Positions 39,852 through 50,200 of a DNA stretch of 64,000 nt are shown in pieces. The notes under the pieces are model-generated. The model did no database searches. It was not told where the DNA came from and was given only the letters and a program-made list of their open reading frames with translations. Position 1 is the stretch's first letter. Every line of letters starts with the position of its first letter. The stretch is taken from positions 1 to 64,000 of the IMG/VR virus record IMGVR_UViG_3300002552_000444. One strand, written 5' to 3'. Source of the DNA: a virus. Lineage: Duplodnaviria > Caudoviricetes. Both the position numbers and the translations under genes were made by a program.

Positions 39852-39999
39852 ATTTTAGTTGTCCTGATTTTCAAGGACTGGTTGTAGTTTTTTTAATAGG
39901 TTTTCTAGGTTGGCAACTCTTTCTTCCAATGAGGAAATTTTTTGAGTGTCACATTCGAATTCAAGGATTGTGCCGTTTTTGGTTTTGATTTTTATCTTT

Positions 40000-40893
40000 T
40001 TAACTTTTTTTGTTTGTAACATTTGCAACGATCTCCTTGATTTTTTGTTGAGATTTTTTGAAGTAATGAGGGTTTCCCTTTTTTAGTTGGACTTTTATTT
40101 CCTCTAGCCAGTCATATTTTACGCTTGACATGAAGTGGTTAAAGCCTAGTGAAGTTGCGGTGTTTTTGTTTGATGTGTTACCGAAAGATGGCCCGAACAG
40201 AACATGATAAGAATGGTTATGCTGAAGAACTAGGTTAAGTAAATAGGATTGTTCTAGGATAATGTCGGGAGTGAAGTTTTTGTCGTTTAGGACTTCGGGA
40301 TTATGGCGCATAAATTCGTCATAGATTTTCCAATAGCCTTTGATATATTTATCCTTCAACTCTTGGCTGTTTATCTTCACTAGACCGCAACGAAAAGCGT
40401 CGTATTTTTTGTAAGACGACATATCGAGCCTAGGAAAATTTGGCACAATTTCCCACAGTTTGTTTGTGGTATAGTCATACAATTGAGTCTCGTATTCATG
40501 AGCTTCAACAACTAAATCCTCGGTTGAGTTTTCAAGCACTCGCACTAGGTCAATCTTCTTTATGACTGCATCCATGTCATAGTGGACGCTTCCTAGAGGC
40601 TCATGCTGATGTGCTAACATTTTTCCAGACGCCCAGAAACGCTCATGACATTTGTGTTTGTCGAGAGTTCGATAGATGTTGCGATATGGCAAAAAACCAA
40701 ACATTCGCTCTCCTAGTTCGTCTGTGTGAAGGACTAATTCAATGTCTAGTCTTTCAGCTTGCAAGCACGACAGCGTTGCGATTGTTATTATGCAGTCGAT
40801 TTGTTTATCGAGTTTTCGATTGTAGTTTTCCGCACGAAGCGGTCTTGTTGAAAAAGAGTGAAATGCTCTCATTATTTTAATTTCCTCCAGCAA
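40000..40893 (-). CDS. DUF6734-like protein (putative glycosyltransferase fold)
   Basis: LHTD..G, FWASGK.....EP...VHYDMD (DxD), ILEQ.YL, GFNH. Confidence 0.6.
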   Translation of the reverse strand: MLEEIKIMRAFHSFSTRPLRAENYNRKLDKQIDCIITIATLSCLQAERLDIELVLHTDELGERMFGFLPYRNIYRTLDKHKCHERFWASGKMLAHQHEPLGSVHYDMDAVIKKIDLVRVLENSTEDLVVEAHEYETQLYDYTTNKLWEIVPNFPRLDMSSYKKYDAFRCGLVKINSQELKDKYIKGYWKIYDEFMRHNPEVLNDKNFTPDIILEQSYLLNLVLQHNHSYHVLFGPSFGNTSNKNTATSLGFNHFMSSVKYDWLEEIKVQLKKGNPHYFKKSQQKIKEIVANVTNKKS

Positions 40894-41879
40894 AATTTTA
40901 AGTCACCAAAATAGGTTCTTCTCCAGTAGTCGCTTAGGTCGTCATGATGTTTTGAGTAGTCCTGACGAGTTGTGTTTAATCCTTTGCAATCATCACAAGT
41001 GCAGTCTGGATTTTCGCAAATTTCGCAATTGTCTTCTTTTGGCAATTCGTCCATTCCCATCATTGCAAATGAGTATTCTTCGTCATCTTCACAAATAAAA
41101 GTTAAAATGGCATCAGGTATAAACCCAATGCCATCTTTACCATTTTTTCCGTCTTTCCCGTCACGACCATCTCTGCCATCACGACCATCATTTCCTGTTC
41201 TTCCAATCTCGCCATTTAGTCCGTCTCTACCGTCTTGCCCGTCGATGCCATCTCGCCCGTCCTGTCCATTTTGTCCATCGACACCATCTCTGCCATTATT
41301 CCCATCCCGACCATCTCTGCCATTCTGTCCATTGAAATCGCCTCGTTCTGATCTTGCCAGCAAATCATCAACTGCCTTTATCGCAAACTCTTTAACACCA
41401 ACTAACTGACTCTTTAACTCTCGGACATCATCAATTAGCGTTATCAAAATACTTAGATTTTCTTCACCTTGAGTGCCGTTGCCGTCGCTGTTTTGGGAGA
41501 ATGCAACATTGACATAGAAGGTCTGACTCGTTAAAAGAATTACCTCGCCATGCTCGTCCTTTCCTTGAAGTGAGATGTCGCATGAGAGTCTTCCTGATTG
41601 AGATAGCATTGATGAAGTTAGTTTGACATAGACAACGCCGTTTTCAATTTCACCCTCATAATACTGCACAGTTTCGTCTGGAAGCGTTGCGGACAATTGA
41701 ACAAGAGTGTAGAGCGATAAATCAATAGTCCCCCTATCATCATAGAGCGTGATTGCAAAGTAGCGTGAGTTAATGTCCCCTGACTTTGCTTGGGTTAGTT
41801 GAATCGGTGCGCCGGTGTAGTCAACGGTTGGAAGCCTTAGACTTCGGACTGCTTTTCCTTTTAAATCAAATGCCATCAT
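40872..41879 (-). CDS. BppU-like baseplate/tail fibre protein with collagen repeats
   Basis: AKSGDINSRY..ITL...LPD BppU N-domain; >20 G-X-Y triplets (GRDGRDG); Cys-rich tail. Confidence 0.8.
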   Translation of the reverse strand: MMAFDLKGKAVRSLRLPTVDYTGAPIQLTQAKSGDINSRYFAITLYDDRGTIDLSLYTLVQLSATLPDETVQYYEGEIENGVVYVKLTSSMLSQSGRLSCDISLQGKDEHGEVILLTSQTFYVNVAFSQNSDGNGTQGEENLSILITLIDDVRELKSQLVGVKEFAIKAVDDLLARSERGDFNGQNGRDGRDGNNGRDGVDGQNGQDGRDGIDGQDGRDGLNGEIGRTGNDGRDGRDGRDGKDGKNGKDGIGFIPDAILTFICEDDEEYSFAMMGMDELPKEDNCEICENPDCTCDDCKGLNTTRQDYSKHHDDLSDYWRRTYFGDLKFCWRKLK

Positions 41880-44800
41880 TCCCTCCGTCGAGTTCGCTGA
41901 CTCGTTTTTTTAGTTTTTGAATTTCATTAACACACATTGATATTAATTCAGTATAGTTTAATGATTTTGTGCTTCTGCCTTTTTTCGTTTGTCCATCGTG
42001 AAAAAGATTTAATGTTTTTGGGTCAATACCAGCTTGCTTGATCGCTTTTTCAACATCTTGCGCTATTAGTCCAAATCGAGTTTTTTCACTCTTGTCACTC
42101 TTCAACTTGTAAGTCACTGGCTTTAATTTATCGAATAATTTTGAGTGATTTTCCGAAATGCTTTTGATAGAATTTTTCAAAGCTTTATCGCTACTCGTCC
42201 AAGTATTAACTGCCCAGACATCGTTCCATCTTTGACCGCTCTCGCCTAAATCGTAGCGCTCGTTCTCGGCTGGCAAAAGATTTCCAACAATTGAAATCGA
42301 ATCACCCATTGGTGGCGATTGCATGAAGTTAATCGTTTGTGCAAGAAAAACCGATTGCGTTCCAAGTGCCCAGTTCAAAACGCTAACTCCAGTCCACATT
42401 GTTCCTTCGCTGGTCGTTCTTGTTCCACTCGATTCTCCACGACCAACCGTTACCCTAAACGAGCGGTTCGCTGAAGTGCCACCAAGAGGCGGCGGAAAAA
42501 ATACTGTTAAAAGCATTGTTCCAGTGAATGACACTTCTCGAAGTAGATTTGCTGGCTGACCTGTTGCCGCGTCTGTAATATTGACCGTTGTTGTGACCAT
42601 TCCACCAGTCCCTAGGCTTATTGAGACATTTGCCGAATAATGTTGCGGAAATCCTTCTTCCTGTGGGTCGTTAAAAATTATTGAACCACTTGCAGCACGA
42701 ATACTGTTGTGGTCGATTGTAAAACCTCCAAAACCTTCAACTCCACCGATATTCATTGCCTTTGAAACAACTAAGTCACCGCAATCAACAACGAGTGAGC
42801 GAACTCCAAGATTGTCAACCGTTGTTATCGTGTCATCATTTGCGCCTACAACTGCGAGTGATGTTATACCTCCAGCATCGGTGCTTAATGAAAAATTATT
42901 GCTAACAAGGTTTCCGTTTTCATCAATCGTGAGTCTTCCAATACTTCCAGATAACGCTTCAATATTTCCCTTAATTGAAACATCGCCGTTTGGTTTTGCG
43001 TGGAAAGTTAGCTCGTTCGAAGAAGGTCTTTTAATCATGATGCCGTTTTCGTCAAGGGTGATTGTGTTTTCTTTGTTTGAGATGTAGAGCGTGTTTCCGA
43101 TGATGACTGAGCCCACAAGAGCTTCCGCGAGAAGTCCATAGGCTTTGGTTTCACCGTTTGTTGGGTGGTTGAAGTGAATTTTTCCGAGGGCTGTTTTTGC
43201 GGTTTGCCATGAGTCGTTTGTGAAAAGCATGACATTATTTATGATACGAATTTGCTCTGACTCAAATGATGTATGTCTGTCGTTGTTAATGCGGCGTCCT
43301 AGAATTCCAGTCTCATCAACGACAAATTCTTGGTTATTCATGTTGCCTTGAGCAATTCGCAATGTGCGGTTTAGTGGCTCGTTTAAAAGGTTGTAGATAG
43401 CGTCGGACTGACGATTAAACTGTGTTAGTTTTTGCCAATTCGCTGAAACTGTTCTCGCTGAACTTACGCTTTCATTGATTAAATCAGAGAACAAAAAGTC
43501 CTTGCTATCTGGCTTTAGTGCATTTGAAAATTCGAGCAAGAAGTTGTCGGGTTTAAGCAAATTTAACGATATTGTCGTCAAGGCTGGATAATAGTGCGTC
43601 CATTCGTCTTTGGCTATGGTTATGACCTTTCCTAGCGCCAACTCCCCACTAAACGCTTTAAAATGATATATCTTAGTGAAATCTATCGAGTCAACAGCTA
43701 TTGAAAAGCGAGGACGGCTGTTTTTTGCCAAGTGCTTTCTGCCTTCTTCGAGAAGTTCTAGGCTCAAATCAATTGCTTCTTCGGGAGTTGTTGTGTCGAG
43801 AATCGCTAGACCCGAACTTGTGTAGTCATTTTCAATCCAGTATCTACGCAACTCCCGAAATTCTTTTGGATTTAGAAAATTAGTTAGATTGAGCGAGGAC
43901 GATATTTCATTCATCTTCGCTTGAATTTCCTCAATCGCTTTATCGTTCAAATCTATTTTTTCACTAAGTATGCGTGACACAGTTCGGTGCTTTTCAAGCC
44001 AGAGCCATGCGTTGTTAAAGGTTGTGTAGCGCTCAAAACCAGCGACCCAGAAATGCGCTTCATACATCTCTTCAAGTCCTGTAATAGGGTCAGGCTTGAA
44101 GATTTGATACACTTCTCCATAGAGTTTGCAATATGACGAGTTGTCGTTTGAAACAGGGTCGGGGAAATATATGAATCCACCAAGTGGTTCGGATTGAGGA
44201 ACGCCGCTTGGGTTAGTTGAGCCGAAAAGATAATTTTCGTTAAAGGTTGCTCGTCTTCCCTGTTGTTCTTCAAATGAAAATCTTCCCGACCAGACGCTTT
44301 CGCCGCTTTCGGTCATTCGCTCACTTGGAATAAATCGTGGTTGGTTTTGATAGCAAGTGTGGATAGTGTCCCTGTCGAATACCCCAAGCGTTGATGCTTC
44401 GTCTAAACTCAAACCTCCAACTTTAACATCTTCAGCTGTGAAGATTGCACGAGAGCGTTCGAGTTGCTCAAGGTTTTCAAGTCCGTTTAAAACACCGTCG
44501 CTATGTGCTTGCGCCCACAACGACAATGCATTTTCTAGGTCTAAAATTCTTTTATCGACAATAACTTTCTCGGCTTTTATTTCGGTGTTAGATAGATATT
44601 TATCTCGTAACTCCATCACAAGCCTAGTCCATTCGGGAGCTGCATTTTTCACCGCTATATCCCACTCACGCAGTTGTTGAGAGAGTTCTTTTGACATGAA
44701 ATTAGTTTTTTCATTATCTATGTCTGACATAAAATACGAAAAGTCGGTGATGTAGTTCGTTCCTGTTGGGTTAACCGCACGAATGTCAAGGTTGTTTCCG

Positions 44801-45621
44801 TTGCAATTTAAGACTGTGACGAGTTCATCCATTCGCTCTGTCGTTTGCAATTCACTCACGACATTATCGTAACTAAGATAAATATTTGTTCGTCCTGTTA
44901 CCTCTTCCACCGTCTTAATTTGGATTGACTGACGAAGAAAGTCAAACTCGAAAATGACCTCAAAGATTTGAGAGGCATAGTTCATGATAAATTCATAACC
45001 CCAGAGAGTCTTTTGCTCCGTGAACGAGCGAACAATTTTATTCTCGTCTCTTTCATGGAATCGAAGTGCTGGGTTGATGTAGGAAATAGTCCACTCGTCG
45101 TAAGACTGCTCAATCGCCTCTAGCCCCTGATTAACTCTTGGGTCAATCTCAATTCCTAACTGCTGGTGTAACTGCCCTACTACGCTTGGAACTTCGTCAT
45201 ATCTTGCTCCGCAATAATTCTCATCAAACGGGTCTCTTGGGTCAAAGAATTTATAGACCCTTTCTTCCATGAAGAAGCCTTTGTCGTTTAATCGAATTTG
45301 AAGAGAACTTGCTTTAACAAACTTCATTGAATTTAGTCCGTTTTCAATTTCGTTAACTTCCATGATGCGAAAGTATCCAACTCCGTCAATAAGGATTAAT
45401 CTTTTTGCTCTAAGGTTCTCGTAATGCTTACATCTAACTTTCTTCCCTTTTGTGTTTGTTGCATGAGACGACACTTCCAACGACAATTCCGATAGGTCAT
45501 TGAATCGCAAAGTCAAATGAGCGTCTAGCACATTTAAGACTGCTAACTTTTCCTTGTCAGGATTGCATAAAAAAATTTCAGGACTTTTTAAATTCCTGAA
45601 ATAATCAAAAGTATTATTCAT
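41866..45621 (-). CDS. phage tail spike/Tal protein with C-terminal peptidase S74 chaperone
   Basis: Follows Dit; IRAVNPTGTNYITDFSYF; YGLLAEALVG; TSSDKALKNSI...FGLIAQDVE...LNYTELI. Confidence 0.85.
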   Translation of the reverse strand: MNNTFDYFRNLKSPEIFLCNPDKEKLAVLNVLDAHLTLRFNDLSELSLEVSSHATNTKGKKVRCKHYENLRAKRLILIDGVGYFRIMEVNEIENGLNSMKFVKASSLQIRLNDKGFFMEERVYKFFDPRDPFDENYCGARYDEVPSVVGQLHQQLGIEIDPRVNQGLEAIEQSYDEWTISYINPALRFHERDENKIVRSFTEQKTLWGYEFIMNYASQIFEVIFEFDFLRQSIQIKTVEEVTGRTNIYLSYDNVVSELQTTERMDELVTVLNCNGNNLDIRAVNPTGTNYITDFSYFMSDIDNEKTNFMSKELSQQLREWDIAVKNAAPEWTRLVMELRDKYLSNTEIKAEKVIVDKRILDLENALSLWAQAHSDGVLNGLENLEQLERSRAIFTAEDVKVGGLSLDEASTLGVFDRDTIHTCYQNQPRFIPSERMTESGESVWSGRFSFEEQQGRRATFNENYLFGSTNPSGVPQSEPLGGFIYFPDPVSNDNSSYCKLYGEVYQIFKPDPITGLEEMYEAHFWVAGFERYTTFNNAWLWLEKHRTVSRILSEKIDLNDKAIEEIQAKMNEISSSLNLTNFLNPKEFRELRRYWIENDYTSSGLAILDTTTPEEAIDLSLELLEEGRKHLAKNSRPRFSIAVDSIDFTKIYHFKAFSGELALGKVITIAKDEWTHYYPALTTISLNLLKPDNFLLEFSNALKPDSKDFLFSDLINESVSSARTVSANWQKLTQFNRQSDAIYNLLNEPLNRTLRIAQGNMNNQEFVVDETGILGRRINNDRHTSFESEQIRIINNVMLFTNDSWQTAKTALGKIHFNHPTNGETKAYGLLAEALVGSVIIGNTLYISNKENTITLDENGIMIKRPSSNELTFHAKPNGDVSIKGNIEALSGSIGRLTIDENGNLVSNNFSLSTDAGGITSLAVVGANDDTITTVDNLGVRSLVVDCGDLVVSKAMNIGGVEGFGGFTIDHNSIRAASGSIIFNDPQEEGFPQHYSANVSISLGTGGMVTTTVNITDAATGQPANLLREVSFTGTMLLTVFFPPPLGGTSANRSFRVTVGRGESSGTRTTSEGTMWTGVSVLNWALGTQSVFLAQTINFMQSPPMGDSISIVGNLLPAENERYDLGESGQRWNDVWAVNTWTSSDKALKNSIKSISENHSKLFDKLKPVTYKLKSDKSEKTRFGLIAQDVEKAIKQAGIDPKTLNLFHDGQTKKGRSTKSLNYTELISMCVNEIQKLKKRVSELDGGNDGI

Positions 45622-45708
45622 TTTTTCTCCCTTGCGTCAATGACACTCTTGTCACAATCATTTCTTTAAAACAATCACTTCAATAACTGCATAAATTTTT
45701 CAAGGTTG

Positions 45709-46530
45709 CTAGAATCCAATCTTAATGTATGTCTGGCATACTATTTGCATTTCGCCGTTTATTTTCACTTTCAAGATATTGACACCCTTAACGAGCCGAA
45801 GCCAATTAAGGTTAAATTTTGAGAGTAAGTTTCCACTATTCGAAACTGAGTTTTTATGTCGGTATATTATTTTAAGTTCGTTGTCAACGATTACCCTCTC
45901 ATTTGGAAGTAGCGCATCAAACTTAAACTCTCTATTTGGATTTGCTTTATCGCTAGTGTTTTTAATTATAATCGCGCAATCTTCGATTGGTGCAAATTGC
46001 GTAAAACTAACTTCGGGATAGACATAATCATCAATGATATCAGAGTCGTTTATTATTTTCAATTCAACCCAATCAGATCCATCACTCGAAAGATTTTTCT
46101 TTCGAGGCTTGCCGTAGGCGAATTGCGAGTCAAAAGTTGCAGTCAAAATAATGCCGTGACAAAATCCGTTGACATACTGCTTTCCCACTTCCGAGAATAT
46201 GCAATTGTATTCGTAGTCGTTATATTCTGGTTGATGAAATTGCAATTTGCGAAAGCCGTTTCGAGAGACTAACCATGTCAAAAGTTCTCTTTGGACTATA
46301 TTTGATAAAGGCTCATCTTGTGGCGAAAAAATACGAAATTGAAATTGTGGCATATCTTCTTGCTCAATTCCAGCAAACGAAAACCTTCTGCTTTTTGGGG
46401 TTTTGATTGCATGAATAGTTGACTGAAACGGCATTGTTTCCTGAATGTTTTCAGCATCAAGTTGAGCAATGACCAAACCAAATTCACCAGAAAACCTACC
46501 GTCATAGGTATATGTTGTAGCGTTAAGCAT
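45709..46530 (-). CDS. distal tail protein (Dit)
   Basis: YTYDG..S.EFGL, FDSQFAY, YVYP, FN..WLRLVKGVN; position after tape measure. Confidence 0.8.
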   Translation of the reverse strand: MLNATTYTYDGRFSGEFGLVIAQLDAENIQETMPFQSTIHAIKTPKSRRFSFAGIEQEDMPQFQFRIFSPQDEPLSNIVQRELLTWLVSRNGFRKLQFHQPEYNDYEYNCIFSEVGKQYVNGFCHGIILTATFDSQFAYGKPRKKNLSSDGSDWVELKIINDSDIIDDYVYPEVSFTQFAPIEDCAIIIKNTSDKANPNREFKFDALLPNERVIVDNELKIIYRHKNSVSNSGNLLSKFNLNWLRLVKGVNILKVKINGEMQIVCQTYIKIGF

Positions 46531-46542
46531 TAATCTTTCCCC

Positions 46543-47193
46543 CTATTCACAATCCACAAAGTGCGAAAGTAATGCCCCACTAGAGCAATCAACATCCATT
46601 TGCTCTAGTTCATCACAAGTGACTGACTTAAAGAAGTTCACTAAATCATCATACGACACTCCAAAATCTTCAGTCACACAAATCTGCTTTTTTGTTCTCA
46701 TCGAATGCTTCCCTTTGTATTCAGAACTTTTAGTGCAAGCAAGAATATCTTTTGTTTTCTGCTTGTTGCGAATGACTGATAATAGAAAGTGAATTGAGAT
46801 TATGGACTTTTCCTCTAACTCAATTGAGTGAGAGACAGACGCTGCGAACTTGCGATTATTTTTTGCTAGAATGTCGCAATTGACTTTTGTGAAACATGCT
46901 CCTTTAATCTTCCCCTTAAAATGCTGACAGAATTTGTTGGCAAGATAGTATAGCACGCTTTTCTTTTGAGTTTGCAATTCAACTCCTTTTTTATCGGAGT
47001 GCAAGACATATCCAACGAGCAAATCGCCAGGGTATAGAATGAACTTTCCGCCGGGGTGATTACCTTGAACATCACCCTCGGCAAATCGTCCTGCAAGTGA
47101 CACTTTCTCTGGGACTTTGCAATATAGACTTCCTCTTTCAATTCTGCGCCAGCCGTCTCTAAGTGCTTGCACCGTTGCTATTTCTTTTTTCAT
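46543..47193 (-). CDS. hypothetical basic protein inserted between TMP and Dit
   Basis: 216-aa ORF with AGGAG RBS. Confidence 0.55.
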   Translation of the reverse strand: MKKEIATVQALRDGWRRIERGSLYCKVPEKVSLAGRFAEGDVQGNHPGGKFILYPGDLLVGYVLHSDKKGVELQTQKKSVLYYLANKFCQHFKGKIKGACFTKVNCDILAKNNRKFAASVSHSIELEEKSIISIHFLLSVIRNKQKTKDILACTKSSEYKGKHSMRTKKQICVTEDFGVSYDDLVNFFKSVTCDELEQMDVDCSSGALLSHFVDCE

Positions 47194-47206
47194 TTTTTTG
47201 TTTCTC

Positions 47207-50200
47207 CTATTGTCTGAATTTATTGATACTGTTTTTATAACCTGACCTAACCATGCCTGACCCTATTTCCTCTTTGAACCTATTAACCGCTTCATTGATT
47301 ATTTTCTCGGTTTGCGGAAGGCTCTCACGAGTGACGGCTCCGACATTGAACTCAAAATTGAAGTTATTAATGTCTGTGTTTGTCGAACCAGTTCCACCCT
47401 TTAAAAGAAATTTGTTCGTGTCGATTAGGTGGGATAGGTTTCGCATATGATGCCTTGTTAACACCCCTTCGCCGTTTTGAAGGATTGCTAGTAGTTCATC
47501 ATTCTTCATTCCGGGAACGCTTCTGTTCGTGTTGATAACTCCACCAGTATGAAATTTTGGAAGGTTCTGCATTCGCTTTTCTAACTCTCTTAGGTGTGCG
47601 TTAAGATTGCTTAAATCTGCTTGGGCAGACGAGTAAACTCTGTTAGCAGCGTCTCTGTCGCGCTCTAAAGCATCAACATCGTCGTGCTTTGTTGCGTTAT
47701 CAACAAATGATTGAGCGTCGTTTGCACTTGCCCTTGCCGAGTTGACAACAATTGTCTGCCTTTGGGCATCCGCTCTTGCGGCATCAATTTGTGCTTGAAG
47801 GCTATTTCGCTGAAGTGCGCTTGCATCAACCGAGCCAGCAGGCTCAGTTCGTAGTGAGTTAAGTTTATTTTCCAATCCTGTTCGTTTTGCCTCTAACTCG
47901 TTCATTTCTGCAATTGCTTTTCTCATCGCTTCTTCTGCTTGACTCAAAAGATATTCAGCGGATTCAACATCACCGTGCTTATCGCTAAGTGCGTCTGCGA
48001 GATTTTGTTGAGCGATTGTCTCTTGAAGTCTTGCGTCATTAAGCCTTGTGTCTTGCTGCTCAATTCTTCTATTTAACGCATCAAGTTGACCTTGCTTTCC
48101 AATGATGGCAACTTGATTTTCGACTCCCGCCGTGTCTGTTGCTGGGCGATCAATAATAACCTTTAGCATATCCGCTAGGTTTGCAATCTCTTCAACAATC
48201 CTATCGATTTCTGCATTAATTAAGAGTTCGTATTCTCTAAATTGATTATCAAGTTGCCTTGTCAAAACATCAACTGCTCGCTCTAGCGTAAAGTCATCTA
48301 ACGCTTCTTGTGCCTCACGAAGTCTTGACTCTAACTCACGAGTTCTAGCCCTACCTGATGCCGAATTGTCCATTCGAGATAGCGTTAATTGAGCTTGAAT
48401 GTCGGCAAGATTTTGTTGCCTTCGTGCTAGTTCTCGTTGAAAATTTATCTCTTGTCGATATGTCCTAAGTAGGTCACGACGAATGTTAATCAAGTCTCGA
48501 TATGCCGAGAGTTGATCGCGAAGTGCGTCTCTTTTGTCGTTTAAAGCGTCTGTAGCGTCTCTGATAGCGACAGAGCGGATATGTATTGCCCAAGTCTCTG
48601 TTGCTATGTTAAGGTTAGAGTAGGCATTGTAGGCTGTTTTAATTGCCCTCTGATGCTCATGCCACGCTCTCGAATATTGCACATGCTCACCAGCAGTATC
48701 AGCAACCTGCCGTCTTGCAATTTCAAGAGCTGCGACATATTGTTTTAGTGATTCAGTCGCAAATGCTTGCAGAATTTCCGATTGTGTTAAACCCGAAAAT
48801 TCGTCAGACAAAACAAAGCCTTGTGATGTCCGAGAAAAGAATTTTGCAAGGTGTTCGTATTCTTCAATTAGCAGTCGAGTTCTTTGCGCGGATAAAACCC
48901 CGACCCTGAAAACATCATCAAGTCCACGAGCAAGTGCATCAAAACTACCTTGTGTTTCTTCGATGATGTCAAGGTGATCTAGTCTTCCGACCCTAAAAAG
49001 AGACGAACTCCACAGTTCATTAATTGAAACAATGAACGAGTCAATAAAGCCGTTATGGTCTCGCAAAGTATAGCCTAGACTTTCGATGTAAGAAATGAAA
49101 CTTTGAATTTGCGAATTACTTCTTGCTAGTTCTTCTAGGCTTTGTGCAGTGACTTCTCCAGCATCAGCAAAAATCCTAAGCTCGTTTGCGGCGTTTGAAA
49201 AATTACTCCTCGTCAAAAGACTTCCCCAGATATCCGAAAGTCCTCCGCCTGATGCTATAACGAACCTGTCTCGTTGCTCCCAAATTCTTCTGTAAGCTTC
49301 GTTTGCCGCTTGTTGCTCGGTGTTAACCGCTCCAGCAACATATCGTATCGCCTCGGCATTTTCCGCAAGGTCTCCGATGACCTCTGCGACAAACGCTCGT
49401 TGTGTTGCGTTCGCACGACCCCAGTTATCCATGATGATGTCAATGCGTTCAAGGTTTGACCTACTTTGTCTCCCTGATGCGAGAACTTCAGAGCGCAAAT
49501 CAATACGATTTCCAGTATCGTCATAAATGTGTCTGTTGTCCCTATTTCGCATTTCTCTGCTCGCTTGTTCTCTTTGGTCAAGTTGAGCATTTGCTGCGAT
49601 TGTTGCGGTGTTTTGAGCGACTGATTGAGCAGCATTTTTTCGTATTTCTAACTCTCTTTGCGTTGCAACAAGTTCGCTGTTTAATGCTCGAAGTCTATTA
49701 AGTTCGTCTTCTTCAACAAGGTTAAGTGGACGCTGTCTAGACAGTTCTTCAATCTCTCTAATTCGCTCGGCGGTATCTTCTAACTTGGAATTGACATCTT
49801 CAATTTCTTCCTTTAACTCGTTAACTGCGTTCTTCGCTTCTCGCGCCGCATCTTGCAAGTCTGCAACCGACGGACGACGAAAGAGGTTGACAAGAGCCAT
49901 TGTAGCGGTCACAATGGCGCTCACAAGAAGCAAAATCCAACCAATTGGGTTTGATGCCATGAACGCCCTGATTGTTTTATCCACACCCTTAATTCCAAGT
50001 CTTGTCTTTAAAAAGAAAATTCTAACGGCAAATGCGGCAATCCCTAGAACACCTGCTAAAATGCCTAGAACCCTTGCCCATCTTTGACCGCCGTTTCGGA
50101 TGGTGATAAAGGCAATCGTAAGCATTGCAGTCGCGGCAGTTAGAGAAATGGTTGCTAATCTTGCGTTCTTTTTTGCAATCGTTAGTGCCTCTGTTTGGGT

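Noticed and set aside
40972-41409. Pro/Ser-rich plus-strand ORF
   Set aside because: Antisense shadow of the collagen repeat; likewise for most short ORFs opposite long genes.
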